Shown piece after piece: positions 46,112 to 55,051 of a stretch of DNA of 55,051 nt. The translations under genes and the position numbers were made by a program. The DNA comes from Chthoniobacterales bacterium. GTDB taxonomy: Bacteria; Verrucomicrobiota; Verrucomicrobiia; Chthoniobacterales; JBKEAD01. Numbering within the stretch: the stretch's first letter is position 1; every line of letters starts with the position of its first letter. The stretch is from positions 1-55,051 of the forward strand of contig JBKEBM010000071.1 of NCBI GenBank assembly GCA_047973165.1, read 5' to 3'. The notes under the pieces were generated by a model. That model was not told where the DNA came from. It did no database searches and was given only the letters and a program-made list of their open reading frames with translations.

Positions 46112-47260
46112 ATGCGTCGTCACGGTATTTATCTGGCACTGATTTGCGTTTTCTTCCTGGCCGCCCTTGGCCTGGTAATGCTCTTCAGTACCAGCGCCTT
46201 TGCCAAAGACAGCCGTGGAGATATGTATTTCTTCGTAAAGCGTCAGACCATTTGGATGGTCCTCGGAATCTGCGCTTGTGTCTTCGCAGCTCTGATGGAC
46301 TATCACTGGTGGAAACGCACATGGTGGGTTTGGTTCACCGGAGCAGTCGTCCTTTTGCTGCTCTGTTTCGTCCCATCCATCGGGATGAAAATCAACGGCT
46401 CGTATCGCTGGATCAACCTGGGATTCATGGCCCTGCAACCCAGCGAGCTTGCCAAAATTGCAGCGATCTTTTTCCTCGCATGGTGGTATTCCCGCTTTGA
46501 AGACAAAACAAAAACTCTGTTGCTTGGCTTCATGGCACCGCTTGCCATCGTCGGTGTTCTTTGTGTCCTGATACTCATGGAGGTTGACCTTGGTGCCACC
46601 GCACTTATCGGTGCGACAGCCCTCGCCGTTATGTTTGTTGCCGGGGTCAATTCCTTGCTGCTCACCATTCTTGTCGGAGGCGGGCTGGGGGGGCTGATTG
46701 CTGTTGCTATGTCCATTCCCGAGCGTATGGCACGTATTACAGCCTTTATCGATCCGCAAAAATACAGGCTTGATGAGGGGTTGCAGCAGTGGCAGGCACT
46801 CATCGCCTTTGGCTCCGGCGGGCTTTACGGACTCGGGCTTGGTGAGGGACGCCAAAAAATGCTCTACCTGCCCTACGCGCATACCGATTTTATTTTTCCG
46901 ATGATCGGAGAGGAACTCGGGATCATAGCAACCCTGCTCGTCGTATTGGCTTATCTTTTCATCTGCCTCACCGGATACATTGTCGCAAGCAATGCCCAGG
47001 ATCGCTTCGGCTCCCTGCTCGGTTTCGGAGCTATCACCATTATTGCTTTGCAGGCGGCTATTAATATCGGTGTCACAACTTCGCTGCTCCCAAATAAGGG
47101 AATGCCGTTGCCCTTCATCAGCTACGGTGGCTCCAACCTGCTGGTTTGTCTTTTTATGATCGGCCTGCTCGTCAGCATTCACCGCAAAGGGCGACCAGTC
47201 GAAGAGGTTCCACGACGCGGTATTCCAAAAACCAGGAGGCGCCTTGCTGTCAGACTGTAA
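46112..47260 (+). CDS. ftsW: SEDS-family peptidoglycan glycosyltransferase FtsW
   Basis: 382 aa with 10 TM helices. LQPSELAK, TDFIF and PFISYGGSN motifs. Confidence 0.9.
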   Translation: MRRHGIYLALICVFFLAALGLVMLFSTSAFAKDSRGDMYFFVKRQTIWMVLGICACVFAALMDYHWWKRTWWVWFTGAVVLLLLCFVPSIGMKINGSYRWINLGFMALQPSELAKIAAIFFLAWWYSRFEDKTKTLLLGFMAPLAIVGVLCVLILMEVDLGATALIGATALAVMFVAGVNSLLLTILVGGGLGGLIAVAMSIPERMARITAFIDPQKYRLDEGLQQWQALIAFGSGGLYGLGLGEGRQKMLYLPYAHTDFIFPMIGEELGIIATLLVVLAYLFICLTGYIVASNAQDRFGSLLGFGAITIIALQAAINIGVTTSLLPNKGMPLPFISYGGSNLLVCLFMIGLLVSIHRKGRPVEEVPRRGIPKTRRRLAVRL

Positions 47261-47278
47261 AAAAATCAGAATTTAAAA

Positions 47279-48388
47279 ATGAAATCGTCCACTCCAATGA
47301 AAACTGTAATCGCCTGTGGCGGAACCGGAGGTCACCTTTTTCCTGGCCTCGCCGTTGCGCAGGAACTACACAGTCGTGGCAACGAAGTTCTTTTGATCGT
47401 CTCGGAAAAAGCCATCGACAGCGTGGCTCTGAAAGCCCACCCCGAGTTCAAAGCCGAGCGTCTGCCCTCGGTAGGAATGCCCTCCATTCTCTCTCCCGCC
47501 TTTGTCCGCTTCCTTCGACGCCTCTGGGAAAGTACGACCATCTGCAAACATCTTTACAAAAAACACCACCCCCGGGCTGTGCTCGGAATGGGCGGGTTCA
47601 CCAGCACTCCGCCGATTCTCGCCGCTCGTCGCCGTCGCATCCCTGCATTCATACACGAGTCCAACGCTATCCCGGGAAAAGCCAACAAATTCTCTGCCCG
47701 CTTCTGCACCAGTATCCTGCTCGGTTTTGAAGCCGGACGCAGCCACTTCCACGGACGCGAATGTATCGTAACCGGAACCCCCGTCCTCGGAAATATGGGA
47801 GCGGCAATCCCACGCGAAACAGCACTCAAAAAATTCGGCCTCGACCCTGCCAGGAAAACTATCCTCGTCATGGGCGGCAGCCAGGGAGCAAGTGGTCTCA
47901 ATCAGCTCATGTTCCGAATCGCCACACGACTGCGCGGACAAGGTATCCAGATCATTCACCTCGCCGGAGAAAAAGACGAACAACTCGCTGCAGCGAATTA
48001 CTTGCGCGAAGAAGTTCCGTCTTACGTTTCTGCTTTCTGTCACGAAATGGCGACGGCCTACTCCGCCGCGGACCTTGTGGTTTCGCGTGCCGGTGCCTCC
48101 AGCCTGAACGAACTTAGTTTTTTCGGCCTGCCCAGCATTCTCCTCCCTTATCCCTTCGCCGCCGACAACCATCAGGAAGCCAACGCAAATATTTTTGTTC
48201 AGGCAGGTGCCTCCGAAATGGTCCGCGAAGGTGATGCCAATACCGATAATTTCGCCAACATGCTACTGAACATTCTCGCAGACGAAAATCGTCGCGGCCA
48301 GATGGGCAAAGCTGCTGCCAACCTTCAACCGCGCGACGCCGCCAAACGTGTTGCCGATGTCATAGAAAGAGAGGTGGCCCGCACATGA
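47279..48388 (+). CDS. murG: UDP-GlcNAc:lipid I N-acetylglucosaminyltransferase MurG
   Basis: ACGGTGGHLFPGLAVA, GGSQGA and HQEANA motifs. Confidence 0.9.
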   Translation: MKSSTPMKTVIACGGTGGHLFPGLAVAQELHSRGNEVLLIVSEKAIDSVALKAHPEFKAERLPSVGMPSILSPAFVRFLRRLWESTTICKHLYKKHHPRAVLGMGGFTSTPPILAARRRRIPAFIHESNAIPGKANKFSARFCTSILLGFEAGRSHFHGRECIVTGTPVLGNMGAAIPRETALKKFGLDPARKTILVMGGSQGASGLNQLMFRIATRLRGQGIQIIHLAGEKDEQLAAANYLREEVPSYVSAFCHEMATAYSAADLVVSRAGASSLNELSFFGLPSILLPYPFAADNHQEANANIFVQAGASEMVREGDANTDNFANMLLNILADENRRGQMGKAAANLQPRDAAKRVADVIEREVART

Positions 48389-50679
48389 AGGTTTCTCCTC
48401 CTTTTCCCCTCAGCGAAGCACCGCAGGGTGCTCCGAAAAATATTCACCTCATCGGAGTAGCAGGCTCCGGGATGAGCGGCATCGCAAGTTTGCTTCTCGC
48501 CCTAGGTCACAACATAAGCGGCTCCGACCGTGTCGAAACCGAAGAGACCAAACGCCTCGCAAAAAAGGGTCTCAATTTTTACCTCTCTCAAAACGCCAGG
48601 AATATCGCCGGTAAAGACCTGGTAATTTACTCCTCCGCCGTCGGTAACGGCAATGCAGAGTTCGACGAAGCAAAACGTCTCAGCATCCCACTCATTCGGC
48701 GAGCCGAAGCTCTTGCCAGCCTCCTGAACTCGCGCAACGGAATTATCATGTGCGGCATGCATGGCAAGACCACCACGTCCTCAATGGCTGCCTGGGTGCT
48801 TAGTCACGCAGAGCTAAAACCTTCTCATTACATCGGTGCCGAAATCCCCATTCTCGGATCAAATGCCCGCTGGGACTCCGAAGGCGAATACTTCGTCGCC
48901 GAGGGAGACGAAAGCGATGGCACCCTCGTCAACTACCACCCCGAACACTGCATCCTGCTCAACATCGAACCCGAGCATCTCGACTTCTATCGTGACCTCG
49001 ACGCAATAGATGCTGTCTTTAAGCAACTCCTCGATCAAAACAGAGGAAAAATTATTTACTGCTCAGATGATCCTGGCGCATCGCGGCTGGCAGCATCCCG
49101 CACCCAGGCTGTTTCCTACGGACACGATCCCAACGCCGATTTTCGCATTACTGATTTGCGGCATGAATCTTTTCGTCCGCGCTTCCGTGTCTGGAAAAAA
49201 GATGAACTGCTCGGCGAAGTCGAACTCGGCGTTCCCGGAGATCACAACGCTCTGAACGCTCTTGCCGTCATTGCCCTCGGTGTCGAACTTGGCGTCGATT
49301 TTGAACCTCTGGCAAAAGCTCTCTCCGAATTTCGCGGTGCCAAACGTCGCTTTGAAACCAAATACGAAGACGAGCACAACATCATCATTGATGACTATGG
49401 CCACCATCCAACCGAGATCGAAGCAACTCTGAAAACGGCACGCAGCGGTCCCTGGCGGCGCATTCATTTGCTTTTTCAGCCTCATCGTTACACGCGCACT
49501 CAGGTATTGCAGGAGAAATTCGGCCCCTGTTTTTCCGGAGCAGATCAGACTTTTATCACAACCATTTATCCGGCCAGCGAAACTCCTATTGACGGGGTGG
49601 ACGGCAGCCTCCTCGTTGCTGCTGCTCAGCGGCATGGCAACCCTCACGTAACCTACGAACCGAACCTGGCTACTCTGCATCAGAAAGTTGGCCCAAGTAT
49701 TCAGGACGGTGATCTGATTCTCACTCTCGGAGCCGGCAACATCCACGAGGTTGCTCCGCGTATTGCCGACGATCTGGCCTGCCGTGCCAAACTCCGAAGC
49801 ATCATGGGGCCAGGAGAAATTCGTCTGCACGAACCCCTCAGCAAACACACAACTATGCGCGTGGGTGGCCCGGCACGTTTCTGGGTCGAGCCTGAAACAG
49901 AAACCGGTTTTACCGATCTTGTGCGTTACTGCTTCGATCAGGAAATCCCTTTTATGACTATTGGGCGCGGTTCCAACCTGCTCATTCGCGACGGGGGATT
50001 CCCCGGAGTCGTCGCCCATTTGGTCCGTGGAGATTTTTCAAAAATCTCTATCGATAATAATGAAATCACCGCAGGTGTCGGCGTTCGTCTCAAGCAACTC
50101 GTCGGCTTCGCACGCAAGTCCGGCCTTGGCGGATTTGAGTGGATGGAAGGAATTCCAGGTAGTCTCGGCGGCAGTCTCCGCATGAATGCCGGTGCCATGG
50201 GCAGGCAGACTTTTGAGCAGGTAAAACGCATTCGCTACTGTGACCGCGACGGGAATATTTTTTCGGAGTCCCCGGAGCAAATCGAAATTCACTATCGCAA
50301 TGTTCCCATGCTTGCTGATCACTATGCTCTCTCTGCCGTCCTGTCCGGCACGCCTGACGACGCTGAAAGCATCGATAAAAAACTCAAAACCGCTGAAGAG
50401 AAACGAAAATCCTCACAGCCGATCGCCGCGAGTGCTGGCTGCATTTTCAAAAATCCGGAATCCATTCCCGCAGGAAAACTGGTCGAAGAACTCGGTTTGA
50501 AAAATTTCGCTGTCGGAGCTGCACGAGTTTCTGACGTGCATGGCAACTTCATCGTAAACGACGGCGGTGCAACGGCAGAGGAAATCATCCGGCTCATTGA
50601 AAAAATACAAACCACAGCAAAAAAAGAACGCGGTATTGACCTGCAAACCGAAGTTCAAATCGCAGGAGAACCCGTATGA
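48385..50679 (+). CDS. murC/murB: Bifunctional fusion: UDP-MurNAc--L-alanine ligase (MurC, N-terminal ~470 aa) and UDP-N-acetylenolpyruvoylglucosamine reductase (MurB, C-terminal ~290 aa)
   Basis: A single 764-aa frame. The MurC part has IGVAGSGMSG, GMHGKTTT and DDYGHHPTE. The MurB part has LSKHTTMRVGGPA, IGRGSNLL and GSLRMNAG. No stop or frameshift between them. Confidence 0.9.
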   Translation: MKVSPPFPLSEAPQGAPKNIHLIGVAGSGMSGIASLLLALGHNISGSDRVETEETKRLAKKGLNFYLSQNARNIAGKDLVIYSSAVGNGNAEFDEAKRLSIPLIRRAEALASLLNSRNGIIMCGMHGKTTTSSMAAWVLSHAELKPSHYIGAEIPILGSNARWDSEGEYFVAEGDESDGTLVNYHPEHCILLNIEPEHLDFYRDLDAIDAVFKQLLDQNRGKIIYCSDDPGASRLAASRTQAVSYGHDPNADFRITDLRHESFRPRFRVWKKDELLGEVELGVPGDHNALNALAVIALGVELGVDFEPLAKALSEFRGAKRRFETKYEDEHNIIIDDYGHHPTEIEATLKTARSGPWRRIHLLFQPHRYTRTQVLQEKFGPCFSGADQTFITTIYPASETPIDGVDGSLLVAAAQRHGNPHVTYEPNLATLHQKVGPSIQDGDLILTLGAGNIHEVAPRIADDLACRAKLRSIMGPGEIRLHEPLSKHTTMRVGGPARFWVEPETETGFTDLVRYCFDQEIPFMTIGRGSNLLIRDGGFPGVVAHLVRGDFSKISIDNNEITAGVGVRLKQLVGFARKSGLGGFEWMEGIPGSLGGSLRMNAGAMGRQTFEQVKRIRYCDRDGNIFSESPEQIEIHYRNVPMLADHYALSAVLSGTPDDAESIDKKLKTAEEKRKSSQPIAASAGCIFKNPESIPAGKLVEELGLKNFAVGAARVSDVHGNFIVNDGGATAEEIIRLIEKIQTTAKKERGIDLQTEVQIAGEPV

Positions 50680-51593
50680 AACCCACACCCTCTTTTTCAA
50701 TTAACAACTGGCGCATCGCCGTCCTGATGGGCGGTCCCGGTGGCGAACGCGAAGTTTCCTTAAGCTCCGGCAAAGCCGTCGCAAATGCCCTGCGCAGCCT
50801 GGGTGCCCAGGTCGAAGAAATCGATGTCAAAGGAACTTCCTTTGAACTGTCGCCGGATACGGCTCTCGCCTTTAACATGCTTCACGGCAAATTTGGTGAA
50901 GATGGCGGCGCACAGACCCTCCTTGCCCAAATGGGCATTCCCTGCACCGGAGAAAATGCTGCCTGCAGCAGCCTGGCCTTCGATAAAATCCGCTCCAAGG
51001 AAAGTTTCAAAGCCAACGGCGTCCCAACACCTGCCTGGGAAATTTTAAAAGCCGGAGAGACTCCCGGAATGCAGGTTCCTTTCGTTGTGAAACCACCACG
51101 CGAAGGCTCCAGTCTTGGAATCCGTATTGCTTCCACGGAGAGCGAAGCCCGGGAAGCCCTGCAGGAGGCAGCGAAATTTGATGACGAAATCCTCGTCGAA
51201 AAATTTATCTCAGGTCGCGAACTCACCGTAGGAGTCCTGGGCTGCACCCCCTTGCCAGTCATTGAGATCGTCCCCAAAGGCGGAGTTTACGACTACAAAC
51301 ACAAATACACAAAAGGCGAAACTGAATACTTTGTTCCGGCTCCTCTCTCCGAAGAGGAAACGGCGAAAATACAGGCAATAGCAGCACAGGCTCACCTCGC
51401 ACTGGAACTTCAGGTTTACAGCCGTGTCGATATTATCCTCGGTCAGGATGCGGAAATCGGCGTCCTGGAAATCAATACCCTGCCCGGCATGACCGAGACC
51501 AGCCTGCTTCCTAAAGCGGCTGCTGCTGCGGGTACCGATTTTCCAAATTTGTGCCTTCGCATCGCCGAACTTTCCATGAAGAAATATCGCTGA
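50676..51593 (+). CDS. ddl: D-alanine--D-alanine ligase
   Basis: 305 aa. VLMGGPGGEREVSLSSG, HGKFGEDG, EGSSLG and EINTLPGMT motifs. Confidence 0.9.
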   Translation: MKPTPSFSINNWRIAVLMGGPGGEREVSLSSGKAVANALRSLGAQVEEIDVKGTSFELSPDTALAFNMLHGKFGEDGGAQTLLAQMGIPCTGENAACSSLAFDKIRSKESFKANGVPTPAWEILKAGETPGMQVPFVVKPPREGSSLGIRIASTESEAREALQEAAKFDDEILVEKFISGRELTVGVLGCTPLPVIEIVPKGGVYDYKHKYTKGETEYFVPAPLSEEETAKIQAIAAQAHLALELQVYSRVDIILGQDAEIGVLEINTLPGMTETSLLPKAAAAAGTDFPNLCLRIAELSMKKYR

Positions 51594-51603
51594 ATTTTTA
51601 CTC

Positions 51604-52533
51604 ATGCTCAAACGCTTCCGCAAACCAACTAATCGCCGAACGACCAACTCCGTTCAGATGAAACGGCGTCCGCTGGATGTCCGTGTGCGTCGTCGCACGG
51701 CACGAAATAAGCGTCTGCGTGTAATTTTCTCCTGGGTGAGAACGCTCGTTTTTCTGGTGCTTCTGACGGCCGCCAGCGTTTACTCGATGACCCTCCTGAC
51801 AAAGAAATTTTTTCTCAATAACCCCGATTACAATCTGAATCATGTTGTGATTACTTCTCAACCCATCCTCACAGCCGAGGATGCGATGAAAGTAGCGAAC
51901 CTTAAAAAGGGAACCAATATCCTGAAGCTCAACCTGGAGGAAATTCAGCATGCTATTGAAAAAATTCCTGACGTAAAGCGTGCCTCCATCCGTCGTGAAT
52001 TACCCGACGGACTCAAAATCTCTGTCCAGCTTCGTCAGCCCCTGGCATGGGTTGCCGAGGATGATACCCATGATGCTCCCCGGGTACCGGAAAAACTCAT
52101 CGCGGAAGATTCCACCATCTACAAACCCACGCGAGTGTTGTCCTCCTACTATCAGCTTCCAGCCATCTATGGTGTTCGACCCGATGCATTTGCCGAGGGT
52201 GATATTTTGCATACAGATGAAATAAAGCGAGCACTTGACCTCATCAAAACTCTTCAGTTTAAACCCGACTCGCTCTTGGTTATTCGCTCTCTGGATATTT
52301 CAAAAGGCTGGGTTTTCGAAGTCATCAACGACAGAAACACGCATATCCAGCTTCGTCCGGATGACTTCGCAACTCAACTCGACCGCCTGCAAATCCTTTT
52401 AAAAGAAGCGAAGAAAAACGGACGGGAGCTCGCAAATATCAATTTGATTCCGAAGAGAAATACACCCGTTCGCTTTGTTTTATCTGCAGCGGAATCTCCC
52501 GTTAAATTTCAAACTCCAACCGAAACACCTTAA
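51604..52533 (+). CDS. ftsQ: Cell division protein FtsQ (POTRA domain)
   Basis: 309 aa with a basic N-terminus, one TM and a POTRA-like segment (ILKLNLEEIQHAIEKIPDVKRASIRRELPDGLKISV). It sits before ftsA. Confidence 0.75.
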   Translation: MLKRFRKPTNRRTTNSVQMKRRPLDVRVRRRTARNKRLRVIFSWVRTLVFLVLLTAASVYSMTLLTKKFFLNNPDYNLNHVVITSQPILTAEDAMKVANLKKGTNILKLNLEEIQHAIEKIPDVKRASIRRELPDGLKISVQLRQPLAWVAEDDTHDAPRVPEKLIAEDSTIYKPTRVLSSYYQLPAIYGVRPDAFAEGDILHTDEIKRALDLIKTLQFKPDSLLVIRSLDISKGWVFEVINDRNTHIQLRPDDFATQLDRLQILLKEAKKNGRELANINLIPKRNTPVRFVLSAAESPVKFQTPTETP

Positions 52534-52542
52534 ACTTTTTAA

Positions 52543-53754
52543 ATGGCTAAACCACAAATCCATGTTGGCCTGGAAATCGGCACGAGCAAAATTTGTGCCG
52601 TCGTTGCAGAGACGCATCCCGAAAGACCTCTGAGAATCCTCGGTGTCGGCGAAACTCCCTCCCGTGGTGTTCGTAAAGGTGAAATTATTGATTTTTCCAC
52701 AGCAAGTAAATGTGTCGGCGAAGCACTCGATGATGCCGATGAAAAAGCCGACGTAAAAATCGAAAGTGTCTGGGCGGCTGTTACCGGAGCACACATCGAA
52801 TCGCTGAACAGCCGTGGTGCAGTCACAATCCCAAAAGACAAAGAAGAAATCGACGAAGAAGATCAAAACGCTGTCGAACTCAGTGCACGCGAGGTCAATA
52901 TTCCCTCGGGAAATATTTACCTGCACTCATTGATTCAGCATTATTACATCGATGGGCAGGATGGAATTCTCGATCCCATCGGAATGCTGGGAAACCGCCT
53001 GGAGGCTGAATTTCACATTATCCACGGTGTTGACACGCGTATACAAAATACGATGCGCTGCATTCGGGAATCGGGTGTGGCTGTCGATGATGTCGTTGTC
53101 AATTCACTTGCTTCAGCCCAGGTCGTCATTGATCAGCAACAAAAAGACCTGGGAGTTGTCGTCCTTGATATTGGTGGCGGCGTCACCGATTTCGCCGTCT
53201 ATGTCGATGGAGTGGTCCGACACAGCGGTGTTCTCACCGTCGGCGGGGACCACATTACCAGTGACCTGTCTCAGTGCCTGCGTATCCCCATAAGCAAAGC
53301 TGAAAAACTAAAGATCGCCCAGGGTTCCTGCAGCCTGCAAAACCTGATTCCCGGTGACACGATTATTCTAAAAAACGATGCGGGATTCAGCGGCTGCGAA
53401 ATCGAACGCAGTATGCTCAACGGGATTATCAACGCACGTGTCGATGAGCTTTTCAGTCTCATTCGCAAAAAAATCGAGGAAGTTTGTCCGCTCTCATACC
53501 TCGGAGCGGGCGTCGTAATCACCGGGGGTAGCAGTCAACTCAAAGGACTGGTCGATCTGGCTGGCGAGGTTTTTGAAATTCCTGTCCGCACCTCCTTCGC
53601 CCGTAATGTCTCCGGCCCGACATCTGCTTTTGAGAATCCCGCCTATGCCACATGTATCGGACTCATACGCTGCGCACAGGCCTCAAGCTCCGATCAGCAA
53701 CAGGGCTCCATGCTTGAATCCATCAAAAATATTTTTCGCTTTAAACTTTTTTAA
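52543..53754 (+). CDS. ftsA: Cell division protein FtsA
   Basis: 403 aa with an actin-like ATPase pattern (VGLEIGTSKICAVV, VLDIGGGVTDF, VITGGSSQLKG). Confidence 0.9.
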   Translation: MAKPQIHVGLEIGTSKICAVVAETHPERPLRILGVGETPSRGVRKGEIIDFSTASKCVGEALDDADEKADVKIESVWAAVTGAHIESLNSRGAVTIPKDKEEIDEEDQNAVELSAREVNIPSGNIYLHSLIQHYYIDGQDGILDPIGMLGNRLEAEFHIIHGVDTRIQNTMRCIRESGVAVDDVVVNSLASAQVVIDQQQKDLGVVVLDIGGGVTDFAVYVDGVVRHSGVLTVGGDHITSDLSQCLRIPISKAEKLKIAQGSCSLQNLIPGDTIILKNDAGFSGCEIERSMLNGIINARVDELFSLIRKKIEEVCPLSYLGAGVVITGGSSQLKGLVDLAGEVFEIPVRTSFARNVSGPTSAFENPAYATCIGLIRCAQASSSDQQQGSMLESIKNIFRFKLF

Positions 53755-53760
53755 ACGATC

Positions 53761-55051
53761 ATGCAAAAAGTCCTTCGATCCTCCACCAGTGAAGTAAAAC
53801 CCAAACTCCGTCTTGTCGGCTGCGGGAATGCAGGAGTTAAAATCGTCGATCGTATTTTTCTGGATCACTTCGGTCAGGCCGCCTGCACGGTTCTGAATAC
53901 TGACACCCAGTCTCTGACCTCTGCCGTTACAGAAGACAAAGTCCTGCTGGGTTCTCGCACGGCACATGGACTTGGTGCGGGTGCGGACCCTGAAATCGGT
54001 GCCCAGGCCTGCGAGGAGTCTGCACAGGAATTTGTTGAGCTTGCCAAAAATGACGACATTTATCTGCTCGTTGGCGGACTTGGCGGAGGCACGGCTGGCG
54101 CAGCGATGGATCAGCTCGCCCGCAGTATTCAAAATAATTCGTCTGAGAAAAAACAGGTCACTATAGCACTTGTCACTCTTCCTTTTGAATTTGAAGGAAA
54201 GCGACGTTTTGAACAAGCCCGGCAGGCTCTGCACAGACTCTATGCAAACTGCGACCTCGTTCTTGCTTTTGACAACAACCGTCTCAACGAACTCATCAAT
54301 ACCGATTCCCGGGTGCAGGAAGCTTTTCAGATTGCAGACGACACGCTCTACTCAGCCAGCACGGCCCTTGCGGCTCTCCTGGAAGCCGAAGGTCTGACCG
54401 ATATTTCTCCTGGAGATTTGATAAAATTCCTCCGCAGCAGCGACCCTCGCATTCTCTTTGGTGTTGGACACAGTTCTTCCGCCAATCGCGCCCACGAAGC
54501 AGTTTCCCGGGCTTTACGTTCGCCGCTTTTGGAAAAAGGTCGTCGCCTGGAAGAAGCCACCAGCGTGCTGGTGCAACTCTCCGGACAAGCCGATCTGAGC
54601 TATGCGGAAGTGGCTGCTGCCCTGACTGAAATCCAGCGACATATCGATGACTCGGCATACTTTGCTTTTGGAGTGCAAACGAACAGCAATGTCGTCGAAG
54701 GGCTGAGCGTGACCATCCTGGCCAGTAACAAACGCCGCACCTCCGATTCTGAAAAAATAGCAGAACCCGAATCAAAATCTGAACCAGAGCCGAAATCTGA
54801 GCCGGAACCTGAGCCGAAACCTGAGCCGAAACCTGAGCCGAAACCTGAGCCGAAACCTGAGCCAGAACCTGAGCCAGAACCTGAGCCAGAACCTGAGCCA
54901 GAAACTGAGCCAGAACCTGAGCCAGAACCTGAGCCGGAACCTGAGTTGATTTCAGCAAGACAAAAAGAGGAAACTCGCAGCGACGATCAAACCGAGTTAT
55001 TTTCGAAGGAAGAATTACCTGCTGAACGAAAAGCTGTCCCTGCCGCTGAGG
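53761..55051 (+). CDS. ftsZ: Divergent FtsZ (3' end beyond the window)
   Basis: Manual translation from ATG 53761 is open to the window end: [16 protein letters not shown]...NTDTQSL...[11 protein letters not shown]...[12 protein letters not shown]...[11 protein letters not shown]. It is not in the ORF track because no stop is present. It follows ftsA. Confidence 0.85.
   Translation, partial: MQKVLRSSTSEVKPKLRLVGCGNAGVKIVDRIFLDHFGQAACTVLNTDTQSLTSAVTEDKVLLGSRTAHGLGAGADPEIGAQACEESAQEFVELAKNDDIYLLVGGLGGGTAGAAMDQLARSIQNNSSEKKQVTIALVTLPFEFEGKRRFEQARQALHRLYANCDLVLAFDNNRLNELINTDSRVQEAFQIADDTLYSASTALAALLEAEGLTDISPGDLIKFLRSSDPRILFGVGHSSSANRAHEAVSRALRSPLLEKGRRLEEATSVLVQLSGQADLSYAEVAAALTEIQRHIDDSAYFAFGVQTNSNVVEGLSVTILASNKRRTSDSEKIAEPESKSEPEPKSEPEPEPKPEPKPEPKPEPKPEPEPEPEPEPEPEPETEPEPEPEPEPEPELISARQKEETRSDDQTELFSKEELPAERKAVPAAE
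54763..54945 (+). repeat. In-frame tandem 6/12-nt repeat encoding an EP/KP dipeptide tract in the FtsZ C-terminal linker
   Basis: cctgagccgaaa x4, then cctgagccagaa units. Translation: [57 protein letters not shown]. Confidence 0.9.

Noticed and set aside
45656-47182. 508-aa ORF on the minus strand
   Set aside because: It is antisense to ftsW and the LysM gene. No motifs, odd composition, a shadow ORF.
54763-54945. Regular short repeats as a possible CRISPR array
   Set aside because: The units are contiguous 6/12-nt repeats with no spacers and are in frame within ftsZ. This is a coding microsatellite, not a CRISPR array.
54296-54958. 220-aa minus-strand ORF with AQVLAQVL... repeats
   Set aside because: It is the antisense reading of the EP/KP repeat and the body of ftsZ. 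The + strand frame is continuous with a recognisable FtsZ.

Overview
Chromosomal window from a peptidoglycan-containing Gram-negative bacterium. The lineage is most consistent with Verrucomicrobiota; this is inferred from a fused MurC-MurB, a divergent FtsZ, scattered housekeeping operons and FGE-sulfatase remnants, and was not checked by any search. Layout, left to right: (1) housekeeping genes: thioesterase, hisB-hisH-hisA, rsmE, rfbB/rfbD. (2) An envelope block with four large GT-C-like polytopic membrane proteins in two tandem paralogous pairs, an acyltransferase-3 protein, an M23 peptidase and a coiled-coil membrane protein. (3) acpP, pgsA, gnd and small membrane proteins. (4) A decayed patch: three fused or truncated gene remnants, a 5'-truncated IS630 transposase and an ~880-nt AT-rich gap with no long ORF. 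(5) rpsO-pnp. (6) A complete dcw cluster: mraZ-rsmH-ftsL-ftsI-murE-murF-mraY-murD-(LysM protein)-ftsW-murG-murC/murB fusion-ddl-ftsQ-ftsA-ftsZ, with ftsZ running off the window end. No tRNA, rRNA, CRISPR array or recognisable defence or toxin system was seen. The least explained signal is a ~160-nt conserved non-coding element present twice, in opposite orientation (327-486 and 22599-22760). In each copy one end of the element sits 5 nt from a stop codon. Other points worth a second look are the six-gene M23/acyltransferase/GT-C operon, the gene-fusion deletion scars, the LysM gene inside the dcw cluster, and the FtsZ with altered GTP-binding glycine motifs and an EP/KP repeat linker. Many long ORFs in the supplied track are antisense shadows of real genes. 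Several real genes start at internal ATG/GTG codons, not at the longest-ORF start.
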